DNA of 64,000 nucleotides from positions 1,344,070-1,408,069 of the forward strand of contig NZ_CP047030.1 of assembly GCF_009796825.1 (NCBI RefSeq). Direction: 5' to 3'. Within the stretch, counting starts at the first letter, position 1, and every line of letters starts with the position of its first letter. This document shows, piece by piece, positions 1 through 9,800 of the stretch. The position numbers and the translations under genes are program-made. Below the pieces are notes generated by a model. The model made no database searches. It was not told where the DNA came from and worked only from the letters and a program-made list of their open reading frames with translations. This stretch comes from Algibacter sp. L3A6. Its GTDB lineage: Bacteria; Bacteroidota; Bacteroidia; Flavobacteriales; Flavobacteriaceae.

Positions 1-463
1 TACTTCAGAAAAACGCAAAAGCAGACCATATTTAAAATATGCTGCCATAGCTGTAGTTGCTTTAACCCTTGGAGGTTTAGTGGCTTCTAATTTTTATGTG
101 AATCAAATTGAAACACATAACCAATTAGCACAACAAGAAGCAGAAAAGCAGTTAGATACTAAAATACAACAAGCTACTTTTAATTTAAATCCATTGCCAG
201 CAATAACGTTAAACGTTTCTAAACAAACGGGTAACTTCCATATTGTAGCAGGTGCTTTTAGAGTAGAAGAAAATTGTGATACTACAGTAACACAACTTAA
301 AGCAGATGGTTTTAGCGCACGTAAAATTGGCACAAATAAATACGGTTTACACCAAGTTGTTTATGCTAGTTTTGAAACTCGTGCAGAAGCTAGAAAAGCT
401 TTGCAAAACATTAAAACTTCGCATAATAAAGACGCTTGGTTACTTGTGAAAAAACTAGACTAG
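1..463 (+). CDS. SPOR domain-containing membrane protein (5' partial; start lies upstream of window)
   Basis: Frame of ORF 80..463 stays open back to nt 2 (…KRKSRPYLKYAAIAVVALTLGGLVASNF… = TM helix), so the gene starts upstream of the window. C-terminal part (FHIVAGAFRVEEN…LHQVVYASFETRAEARKALQNIK) looks like a SPOR peptidoglycan-binding fold. Confidence 0.55.
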   Translation, partial: TSEKRKSRPYLKYAAIAVVALTLGGLVASNFYVNQIETHNQLAQQEAEKQLDTKIQQATFNLNPLPAITLNVSKQTGNFHIVAGAFRVEENCDTTVTQLKADGFSARKIGTNKYGLHQVVYASFETRAEARKALQNIKTSHNKDAWLLVKKLD

Positions 464-535
464 TAGTTTTTACAAAACCGCAGTTCTTTTACTCGCATAA
501 TTGTTAACTTTGCCACATCATAAACCTAATTATTT

Positions 536-1048
536 TTGATGCAAGTAAAAACACCTGAACAATCTAGAACTATAATGACAGATTTGGTTTTACCTAGTGA
601 AACCAACCCGTTAAACAACTTATTTGGTGGCGAATTATTGGCCCGAATGGATCGTGCAGCCAGTATTGCAGCACGCAGACACTCGCGCCGTATTGTGGTT
701 ACCGCATCGGTAAACCACGTTGCTTTTAACCGTGCCGTACCACTTGGTAGCGTAGTAACGGTAGAAGCTAAAGTATCTCGCGCCTTTAAAACCTCAATGG
801 AAGTTTTTCTAGATGTTTGGATCGAAGATCGCGAATCTGGCGACCGTGCCAAAGCTAACGAAGCCATTTACACTTTTGTTGCTGTAGACGAAACTGGACG
901 TCCAATCCCCGTGCCAGAAGTACAACCAGAAACCGAACTCGAAAAAGAACGCTATGCTGCTGCTCTGCGCCGTAAGCAATTGAGTTTATTACTAGCCGGA
1001 AAAATAAAACCAAGCCAAGCCTCGGAACTTAAAGCCCTTTTTGACTAA
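536..1048 (+). CDS. acyl-CoA thioesterase (hotdog fold, YciA-like)
   Basis: 170 aa; motif LARMDRAASIAARRHSRRIVVTASVNHVAFNRAVPLGSVVTVEAKV typical of hotdog thioesterases. Confidence 0.8.
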   Translation: MMQVKTPEQSRTIMTDLVLPSETNPLNNLFGGELLARMDRAASIAARRHSRRIVVTASVNHVAFNRAVPLGSVVTVEAKVSRAFKTSMEVFLDVWIEDRESGDRAKANEAIYTFVAVDETGRPIPVPEVQPETELEKERYAAALRRKQLSLLLAGKIKPSQASELKALFD

Positions 1049-1180
1049 AATCAAAAAATATCTGTATGCACGCCTTATTAGAATAAGATGTGCATACAGA
1101 ACACTTAAAGCTTAAAGAATTCGTTTACAGAGATTGATTGTAACACAATGCTTTCTGCCTAAAAAAGTTATATTTACAGC

Positions 1181-1951
1181 ATGCAAATTCCAAAAGGAAA
1201 AAAAATATATTTCGCTTCAGACAACCATTTAGGAGCTCCAACAAAGGAAGCCTCTTATCCACGTGAAAAAAGATTCGTGGCTTGGCTAGACGAAATTAAG
1301 CATGATGCGGCTGTAATATTTTTAATGGGAGATTTATTTGATTTTTGGTTTGAATATAAAACAGTAGTCCCAAAAGGTTTTACAAGAACCTTAGGGAAAC
1401 TTGCCGAAATATCCGACTCTGGAATACCGATCCATTATTTTGTGGGCAACCACGACCTTTGGATGGATGGCTATTTTCAAGAAGAACTTAACATACCGGT
1501 TTACCATAAACCCAAGGAGTTTGTTTTTAATAATAAAACATTTTTTATTGGTCATGGCGACGGTTTAGGTCCATATGATAAGGGTTATAAGCGCATGAAA
1601 AAAGTGTTTACTAATCCGGTTTTTAAATGGCTATTCCGTTGGTTACACCCAGATATTGGCGTAGGAATTGCCCAATACTTATCGGTTAAAAACAAACTTA
1701 TTTCTGGCGATGACGATGCTACATTTTTAGGAGAAGAAAACGAATGGCTTGTACAATATGCCAAACGAAAACTAGAAGACAAACATCGTGATTACTTTAT
1801 TTTTGGTCATCGACACTTACCAATGAATATTGATTTAGGTAACAACTCTAGTTATCTAAATATTGGAGATTGGATTCAATATTTTACCTATGGTGTTTTT
1901 GATGGTGAACAGCTTGAGCTAAAAACATACGAGCTTAATACAGATAAATAA
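1181..1951 (+). CDS. lpxH: UDP-2,3-diacylglucosamine diphosphatase-like calcineurin-type metallophosphoesterase
   Basis: 256 aa; metallophosphoesterase motifs (ASDNHLG, GDLFDFW, GNHD, GHGD, GHRH) in the LpxH-like arrangement. Confidence 0.65.
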   Translation: MQIPKGKKIYFASDNHLGAPTKEASYPREKRFVAWLDEIKHDAAVIFLMGDLFDFWFEYKTVVPKGFTRTLGKLAEISDSGIPIHYFVGNHDLWMDGYFQEELNIPVYHKPKEFVFNNKTFFIGHGDGLGPYDKGYKRMKKVFTNPVFKWLFRWLHPDIGVGIAQYLSVKNKLISGDDDATFLGEENEWLVQYAKRKLEDKHRDYFIFGHRHLPMNIDLGNNSSYLNIGDWIQYFTYGVFDGEQLELKTYELNTDK

Positions 1952-1965
1952 ACAACTCTTGTTTT

Positions 1966-3825
1966 TTATCTCTTTAAAGTAAAATGCCCTCTAAATTGTT
2001 GCGCATTAATTTCAACAACATACCAATAATCGTCTGTTTCAAGAAGCTTTCCTGCAAACAATCCATCCCATGAAAATGCAGCATTTTTAGAAAATTTTAA
2101 AAGCTTTCCATATCTATCGAAAATAGAAACTTGCGAGGTTTGGTAAAACTCAATGCCTTTTAAATCAAAGTTATCGTTAACGCCATCACCATTTGGCGTG
2201 AAAAACTTCGGGATAAAAAAGTGAATAAAGTCTATAGAAACTAACGTATCACAGTTTTGGTGTTTCACATAAATAGTATAACTACCACCTTCAACATTAG
2301 TAAAAATAGGATTTAGTTGAAATATATTTCCGTTAATAGAATACAGAAAATCACCCGTATTTTCCGTGGTTATCACAATACTTTTTCCAACAGACTCTAC
2401 AGATTCAATACGAGGTAAATCTATCCGCGAAAGCGTTATTGTTTTTGTTACTGTACAGGTTTCATTAGTAATATCTACAGTATAAATTCCAGACTGATTT
2501 ACCGTTATAAATTCACTTGTAGCGCCTGTATTCCATAAAAACGTAGCTGTAGAAATATTAGTATGGGCATATAAATCTATAGTTTCGGTTTCGCAAAACA
2601 TCAAGGTTTCTTCTTCATAATCAGGAATTTCAGAAAAGGTAATTTGCACTGCTGTTCGTGTATTAGAGGTACAATTTCCTATTTCGGTTTCCGCCTCAGC
2701 GTAATATGTTCCGCTGGTTGTAGCATTAAAAGCTCTACTATCTGCCTGTAATAAAGTTCCGCCAGTAGCCGCAGAATACCAATTTACAATTACACCAGAA
2801 GGCACGGTAACACTTAGCGGTGTTGTATCATTTTCGCAAATCATAACGTCTCCATTACTAGTTGGCGCATTAGGTTGCGGAATAATTTGAACTTCAAAAA
2901 CATCGGAGGTAGAATTACATGAATCGTTAGCTAAATTAACAGCATCTTCGGCTACTTTAACCCTGTAAAATGTAGTATTAAAAAGCGAAGGTGTGGTATA
3001 ATTATCAGTGTTTTCACCAACAATATCCACCCAAGTTGTACCATCGCTACTTTCTTGCCATTGATAAAAATGCGAAGAAAAAATAGAAAAATCGGGTGTT
3101 ACCTTTAACTCGGTCGAGAATGGCGTATTATTTTCACAAACGGCAACATGTGTTTCATTTAAAGCATCTTCTATAATAACAGTGTCTCCACAGGTTTTAA
3201 AAACAATATCATCTATAGCTAAATCGTTTCCGCAACCACCAACACCATTATTCAACATTTTTAAAATAACAGCAGTTTGCCCAGGTTTAGATTGAAATAC
3301 TAAAGCATATTGTCGCCAATCGGGACTAGATGTTCCAAAAATATCGCCGGTATCTCCACTTGCCAATAATTGTGTATCGGTGCTATCCCAAATTTCGAAC
3401 TTTACATTTATAGGTATCCCTGCGCCACAACTATGGTTGGCGGGTAGTAAATTTATCATCCAAGACGAAAACTCATACGTTGTGTTTTCACATAAACCAC
3501 TAATAGCAGTTCTGTAAAATTCACCAGAAGTAAAATCGGCATTAATTACTAGATTTCGGCCATTAGTATCGCCAGGTGTATGGTCGCTAATATTGTGCCA
3601 ACCAAACCAATTTGTACTGCTAGATAAAGTATAAGATCCATCGTTTGGTTGCCCGCTAGCAAAAGTATAGCTTGTTGTTCCGGCTGGTAAAGATGCATTA
3701 GCTGTGCCGACTCCAAAGGTTTCGGTAAAAATAGGGTCGCCAGAATTACCGCTACAAAATCCCAATTGCGCTTGGGCTTTTACAGCGAATAAAAAAATAA
3801 ATAATATTAGAATTTCTTTTTTAAT
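1966..3825 (-). CDS. secreted MAM-like domain protein with Ig-like modules and T9SS type-B C-terminal sorting domain (gliding-motility-associated CTD)
   Basis: Six-frame ORF 1966..3765 (TTG-initiated in the track). The same frame is open upstream to 3873 and encodes a signal peptide (KKEILILFIFLFAVKAQAQ / LGFCSGNSG) with no ATG/GTG/TTG available. The 5' end given here is a proposed ATT at 3825. MAM-like motif [24 protein letters not shown]-terminal FIPKFFTPNGDGVNDNF…FDRYGKLLKF…DYWYVVEI = TIGR04131-type CTD. Confidence 0.75.
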   Translation of the reverse strand: MKKEILILFIFLFAVKAQAQLGFCSGNSGDPIFTETFGVGTANASLPAGTTSYTFASGQPNDGSYTLSSSTNWFGWHNISDHTPGDTNGRNLVINADFTSGEFYRTAISGLCENTTYEFSSWMINLLPANHSCGAGIPINVKFEIWDSTDTQLLASGDTGDIFGTSSPDWRQYALVFQSKPGQTAVILKMLNNGVGGCGNDLAIDDIVFKTCGDTVIIEDALNETHVAVCENNTPFSTELKVTPDFSIFSSHFYQWQESSDGTTWVDIVGENTDNYTTPSLFNTTFYRVKVAEDAVNLANDSCNSTSDVFEVQIIPQPNAPTSNGDVMICENDTTPLSVTVPSGVIVNWYSAATGGTLLQADSRAFNATTSGTYYAEAETEIGNCTSNTRTAVQITFSEIPDYEEETLMFCETETIDLYAHTNISTATFLWNTGATSEFITVNQSGIYTVDITNETCTVTKTITLSRIDLPRIESVESVGKSIVITTENTGDFLYSINGNIFQLNPIFTNVEGGSYTIYVKHQNCDTLVSIDFIHFFIPKFFTPNGDGVNDNFDLKGIEFYQTSQVSIFDRYGKLLKFSKNAAFSWDGLFAGKLLETDDYWYVVEINAQQFRGHFTLKR

Positions 3826-3919
3826 GACTTTACTGTTTTTCTTTATGCTTCGTATTTTAAATAATACGAATAGCTATATTAGTAAAAAAAAGCGCTACAA
3901 TTAACTAAATCTTCCTATA

Positions 3920-4222
3920 ATGAACCATTTACCCTATTATTCGGTTATTTTTACATCAACTTTAAACGAAGATACCGCAGGCTACAACGCTATGGCCGAA
4001 AAAATGGAGGCCTTAGCTAAAGAACAAGATGGTTTTTTAGGTATAGAAAGTGCTAGAAACCAAATTGGTATTACCGTAAGTTACTGGAAAAGTTTAGAAG
4101 CCATAAAAAATTGGAAAGCCCAAACCGATCATTTAGAGGCTCAACAAAAAGGAAAAACCAATTGGTATAGTTGGTACAATGTAAAAATTTGTAAAGTAGA
4201 ACGAGAATACAGCTTTCGCTAA
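3920..4222 (+). CDS. ABM-domain (antibiotic biosynthesis monooxygenase-like) small protein
   Basis: 100 aa; ferredoxin-like ABM pattern (YYSVIFTS…GFLGIES…ITVSYWKSLEAIKNWK). Confidence 0.5.
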   Translation: MNHLPYYSVIFTSTLNEDTAGYNAMAEKMEALAKEQDGFLGIESARNQIGITVSYWKSLEAIKNWKAQTDHLEAQQKGKTNWYSWYNVKICKVEREYSFR

Positions 4223-4294
4223 TTTAGACTAAAAATCATCATAAAACCATGCAAATTTACATCTAAACAAACACGCTTAGAGTATATAATTTAA

Positions 4295-6646
4295 GTGATG
4301 ATCATGTTAAACTACATAAAACAACATAAAGTAAAATCGGCAATAGTGGCGCTAATTCTAGTAGCCTACTATTTTTGTTTACCCAACCCACTATTTAAAG
4401 ACCCTACAGCTACAGTAATTACGAGTTCTAACAACCAATTGCTTGGTGCGCAAATTGCAAAAGACGGACAATGGCGATTTCCACATAACGATTCTATTCC
4501 TAATAAATTTAAAACCTGCATTGTTCAGTTTGAAGACGAATATTTCTATAAACACCCTGGTTTTAATCCTATATCAATTTTTAAAGCTTTAAAAGAAAAT
4601 TTAAAATCTGGTGGTATAAAACGTGGCGGAAGTACTATTACGCAGCAAGTAATTCGATTAGCGCGGAAAGGGAAAAGCAGAACCTATTTCGAAAAAATTA
4701 TTGAAATTATATTGGCGACACGCCTAGAGTTATCTAAATCTAAAAACACCATTTTAACGCATTACGCAAGTAATGCCCCTTTCGGGGGAAATGTGGTTGG
4801 TCTAGATGCTGCATCATGGCGGTATTTTAACCGAAACGCCAACAACCTCTCTTGGGCAGAAAGTGCAACATTAGCAGTTTTACCCAATGCGCCAAGTTTA
4901 ATTTACCCTGGAAAAAACCAAGAACGTTTATTAAAAAAGCGAAATAGATTATTAAAAAAACTTCTAGAAAACTCAAAAATAGACACACTTACTTACGAGC
5001 TTTCTGTTGCCGAAGGTTTACCACAAAAACCCTACCCGTTGCCACAAACCGCACCACACTTATTACAAAAAGTAGCACAAAGACAAAGTGGAGCCCGCGT
5101 ACAAACCACTATTGATATTAAATTACAAAACCGTATAAACTACATTGTAAAGAACCACTATAATAAATTAAGTCAAAACGAAATTTACAATGCAGCCGTT
5201 TTAGTTTTAGATGTAAAAACAAGGCAAGTTCTAGCCTATATTGGCAATACACCTACCGATAGAGCACACCAAAAAGATGTCGATATTATTGATAAACCAA
5301 GAAGTACTGGCAGTATTTTAAAACCCTTTCTATACGCCGCCATGTTGGATTCTGGCGATTTACTACCCAATACCTTAGTGGCCGATGTGCCTACACAATA
5401 TGGTAGTTATAATCCCGAAAACTACAATAAAACTTATGATGGTGCCGTGCCAGCAAGTCGTGCTTTATCAAGATCATTAAATGTGCCAGCTGTAAGAATG
5501 TTGCAAGATTTTGGTTTAGATAGATTTTATCAATATTTAAAATTTCTAAAATTAAAAGATTTAAAATACGATGCTAACCACTACGGTTTATCGCTTATAC
5601 TTGGCGGGGCAGAAAGTAACCTTTGGGATTTATGTAAAAGTTACGCCGCACTATCTTCTACGTTAAATCATTTTTCTGAAAACTCGAGCACTTATTTTTC
5701 AAACGAATTTTGCGAACCCACTTTTTTAGCTTCAACTAAAATTAACTTCGGAAAGCAAACTACAGACAAAACGTTATTTGATGCCGCTTCTACCTACCTA
5801 ACTTACCAAAGCTTAAAAGAAGTTAACCGACCAGAAAGTGACGAAAGTTGGGAGTTTTTTGATGGATCGAAACAAATTGCATGGAAAACAGGTACTAGTT
5901 TTGGTTTTCGAGATGCTTGGGCTATTGGCTCTACAAAAGATTACGTTGTAGGCGTTTGGGTTGGTAATGCCGATGGCGAAGGCCGCCCTGGTTTGGTTGG
6001 TGTGCAAGCAGCTGCACCAATAATGTTTGATGTTTTTGAAAGCTTACCTAACAGCGATTGGTTTCCAAAACCTTTTGATGAAATGAAAAAAGTAGCAATC
6101 TGTAAACAAAGTGGGCACCGTGCATCGCAATATTGTGATACTGCGGAAGAGAAATACATTCAGTTAGCAGGTTTAAAAACCAAACCTTGTCCATATCATG
6201 TTTTAATTCATTTAAATAAAGATGAAACTTATCAGGTAAATTCCTCGTGCGAAGACATTGGTAATATTACTCATAAATCTTGGTTTGTTTTACCTCCATT
6301 AATGAACTATTACTACAAAACTAAAAACCCGTTTTACAAACCATTACCTAAATTTAAGCCTGATTGTTTTAGCGAAAATGCCGTTTCTATAGAGTTTATT
6401 TACCCTAAAGAAAATAATACTATTTTTCTACCTAAAGATTTTGATGGTAAAACCAACGAATTAATCTTAAAAATAGCACATTCTCGCCCAGAACTAAATA
6501 TCCATTGGTCTATAGACGAGCGTTTTATAGGCACAACCAAAGACATCCATGAAATGGCCATAATTCCTGAAATTGGCACCCATATTATTACCGTGGTCGA
6601 CGCCTATGGAAACGAGCTAAAGCGCAGCATAACCGTTGGTCTATAA
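4295..6646 (+). CDS. pbpC: penicillin-binding protein 1C (GT51 transglycosylase + transpeptidase)
   Basis: 783 aa; GT51 motifs (FEDEYFYKHPGFNP, RGGSTITQQV), transpeptidase STGS/KTG, C-terminal PbpC-type domain. Confidence 0.85.
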   Translation: MMIMLNYIKQHKVKSAIVALILVAYYFCLPNPLFKDPTATVITSSNNQLLGAQIAKDGQWRFPHNDSIPNKFKTCIVQFEDEYFYKHPGFNPISIFKALKENLKSGGIKRGGSTITQQVIRLARKGKSRTYFEKIIEIILATRLELSKSKNTILTHYASNAPFGGNVVGLDAASWRYFNRNANNLSWAESATLAVLPNAPSLIYPGKNQERLLKKRNRLLKKLLENSKIDTLTYELSVAEGLPQKPYPLPQTAPHLLQKVAQRQSGARVQTTIDIKLQNRINYIVKNHYNKLSQNEIYNAAVLVLDVKTRQVLAYIGNTPTDRAHQKDVDIIDKPRSTGSILKPFLYAAMLDSGDLLPNTLVADVPTQYGSYNPENYNKTYDGAVPASRALSRSLNVPAVRMLQDFGLDRFYQYLKFLKLKDLKYDANHYGLSLILGGAESNLWDLCKSYAALSSTLNHFSENSSTYFSNEFCEPTFLASTKINFGKQTTDKTLFDAASTYLTYQSLKEVNRPESDESWEFFDGSKQIAWKTGTSFGFRDAWAIGSTKDYVVGVWVGNADGEGRPGLVGVQAAAPIMFDVFESLPNSDWFPKPFDEMKKVAICKQSGHRASQYCDTAEEKYIQLAGLKTKPCPYHVLIHLNKDETYQVNSSCEDIGNITHKSWFVLPPLMNYYYKTKNPFYKPLPKFKPDCFSENAVSIEFIYPKENNTIFLPKDFDGKTNELILKIAHSRPELNIHWSIDERFIGTTKDIHEMAIIPEIGTHIITVVDAYGNELKRSITVGL

Positions 6647-6880
6647 CAGTTTACCCTTTTTTTTATCACTATAACCAATTAATTACCAAGTTAACGGCTT
6701 ATCATCTATTCTTGCTTTGATTTTCTATATGTAAAAATTTCAGCTCATCGAAAATTTATTAATAGCGTAATAGATTGCTGTAATTTTACTAAATAAAATA
6801 AAAAAAGTGTTTTGTTATCACTTAAAAAACGACAAACCCTAAAAGAATTAATTGGCGTCCCTCCCCACAAGAACTTATTT

Positions 6881-9800
6881 ATGGAAAAAATATACTCTTA
6901 CCTACCAAGTGTATTAAAAAACACTATGGCAATTGCCCTATGTTTATTCTCTTTTAATTTTATTAATGCGCAGTGTATTCCTAATAATATTGGTAGTAAC
7001 GCTCAATTTTACATTTCAAATGTTTCGATTGAAAGTATTAATAATGCTTCTAATTCTTCCGCAGCCAATTATGAGTATTACAGCACTCCAACGGTAGATT
7101 TAGTCAATGGATTTACATATCCTATGGTTGTAGATTTTGCAACGGGATCGTATAACACTTCGGGTTTAGCAGTTTGGATAGATTTTAATCATGATGGTGA
7201 TTTTGAGGATGCGGGTGAACAGATTTATTCTGGAACAATGACTCCAACAGTAAATACAGGATCTCATTCTTTTTCTTTAACTATACCAGTATCTGCAACA
7301 GTTGGGGTTACAAGAATGAGACTGTCGTTGAGACATAATGGTGTGTCTTCGGGACCATGTACAAATGATTATCAAGCTGGAGAATTTGAAGATTATAATG
7401 TCAATATTGGGTCATCCTCAGCCCCACCAACAGCAGTTTGCCAGAACTTAACGATATCTTTAGGTAGTAATAATAGTGCTAGCATTGTACCTTCAGATAT
7501 TGATAATGGATCAAGTGATGATAATGCTATAGCGACATATGCTTTAGATTTAGATACGTTTGATTGTTCTAATATAGGTGATAATGCGGTTACATTAACG
7601 GTGACAGATGCAGACGGACAAACAGCTACTTGTACTTCCACTGTTACAGTAAATAGTTATTCAGGGGCGTTGATAGCGCCAACATTGGCAGATGTTACTG
7701 CGTCTTGTAGTTATGCAGTACCTACACCAGCAGACTTGTCATATAGTTGTGTAGCGGTTACACCAGTTTTTGATAGTTCAACTTCGGGATCAACAACCTT
7801 TACAAATGATGGTACAATAACCTGGTTGTATGATGATGGAGCGGGAAATACAGATACAGTAACCCAAAATGTATATATCAATTTAGTTGCGCCTTCAAAT
7901 ATTCTGGTTTCTTCAATAACTCAAACATCGGCAACAATAGTTTGGGATGATGCTTTAGGTGATCAAACTTATAGTGTTAGATATAAAGAGTCAGGTACTT
8001 TGTTATGGACAACAATTGCGGTAACAACTAATACTTTAAATCTAACGGGTTTAACAGATTTAACAAATTATGATGTAGAAGTTGCAACGGTATGTAGTAT
8101 TAATATATCTAATTATTCTGCAACCTATAACTTTACAACTTTACCTGTAAATAATGCATGTGAACCAACTAGCAACTCTAATGGGCAATATTATATTACA
8201 AATGTGTATTTGCCAGGAGAAAACCTAACCGAAATCAATAATACCTCTGGGGATGATGGTGGTTATGGAGAATATACAGCAACACCAAGTGTAGATTTGA
8301 TACGAGGTCAAAACTACACGATGGAATTATCTGTATCAAATCACATGGCTACAGAAAACAGATCTGGTTGGGCTGTATATATTGACTTAAACGGCGATGG
8401 AAACTTGGAGAGTAGCGAATTGGTTTGGGATAGTTCAGGAGAAGATAATTCACTATCAAACACAGATAATACATTTGATCCAGCGACAATAACAATTCCC
8501 GTTACTGCAGGTTTAGGTAAAGTAGTTATGCGTGTTGGCACAAGAAGGTACTGGTTCTCAGACAATCCTTGTGGCACCTTAGATGGTCATTATGAGGAGT
8601 TTGAAGATTATATAGTAAATATCAAAAGTGACGCTACAGCGCAAGAGATTGATTTGTATGGTAATGGTTTTGGTATAGTTTCTGGGGCAACAATGACAAG
8701 TACAGATAATTATACAGATTTTGGTATTTATGATGTTTATTCTGGCGCAGTAACAAGAACATATGTTATAGAAAATACAGGTATCGCAGATTTAGTGTTA
8801 CAAGCACCTTATGTTAGTGTATCTGGTTCTACTGCTTTTACAGTAGCTGCACAACCAGTATTAACAACATTAACACCAGGGGAATCAACAACATTTACAA
8901 TTGATTTTAATCCAGATGTAATAGGGGCGTATACAGGAGTTATTTCTATTCTTTCTAACGATGTAGATGAAAATCCATTTACTTTTACAGTCTCTGGTGA
9001 AGGTGCACAAACCTTTCCAGATACTGATGGAGATGGTGTGCCAGACAATATAGATATAGACGATGATAACGATGGCTTAACAGATAATTATGAAAGTTCT
9101 ATTTGTAACAGTTATTCTAATGCTTCGACAGCAGATGTTGTCTTTTTAAATGAAACTTTTGGGGCAGGTACAAATCGCATTCAAATTAATGGTAATTATG
9201 CAGGAGCGACAACTACCTATTGTTACGAAGATGGTAGTGGCTCATGTCCATCGACCTATGATTCAACAAGTGTAAACGATGGTGATTATACTGTACATCA
9301 CACCGTAACTAATAATAATGGAGTTACTGAAGGTATAGATGTCGATGTTTCGGCTTGGGCTGAAGATTATTGGTATGCGGGAGTCGATCATACTTTAGGG
9401 GATGTCAATGGTAGAATGGCTATTTTTAATGCAGCTGCAGATCCAGGTGTTTTTTATAGTCAAGAAATTTCAGGCATTACTATAGGTGTGCCAATTCAAT
9501 TTGGTTTTTACGCTATTAATTTAGATCGTACAGATGCTCCTAGTGTTAGTGGAAGGCCTAAGCCAGAGGTGTCAATAACTATTTATGATAACTTAGGAAA
9601 TCAAATAGCAACAGAATCCTCGGGATTAATTAACCCAACAAGCCCAGCTGGAGATTGGGTAGAGGTCTCGGCAAGCTTTACTAGCTCTGTTTCTCAATTT
9701 ACTGTCGTTTTAACAAACTCTCAATCAGGTGGGTCAGGTAATGATTTAGCGATTGATGATATTTTTGTTAAACAAACATTTTGTGATTTAGATGGAGATG

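Noticed and set aside
3704-3904. Plus-strand ORFs 3704..3904, 14630..15028 and 15227..15448 overlapping the 5' regions of the two T9SS type-B cargo genes
   Set aside because: The minus-strand frames at these positions encode mutually colinear signal peptides and MAM-like domains in two paralogs, so the plus-strand ORFs are antisense artefacts.
6812-6880. TTG start at 6812 for the giant adhesin (adds [23 protein letters not shown])
   Set aside because: An ATG at 6881 directly precedes a canonical signal peptide ([31 protein letters not shown]). The upstream extension has no signal-peptide character.
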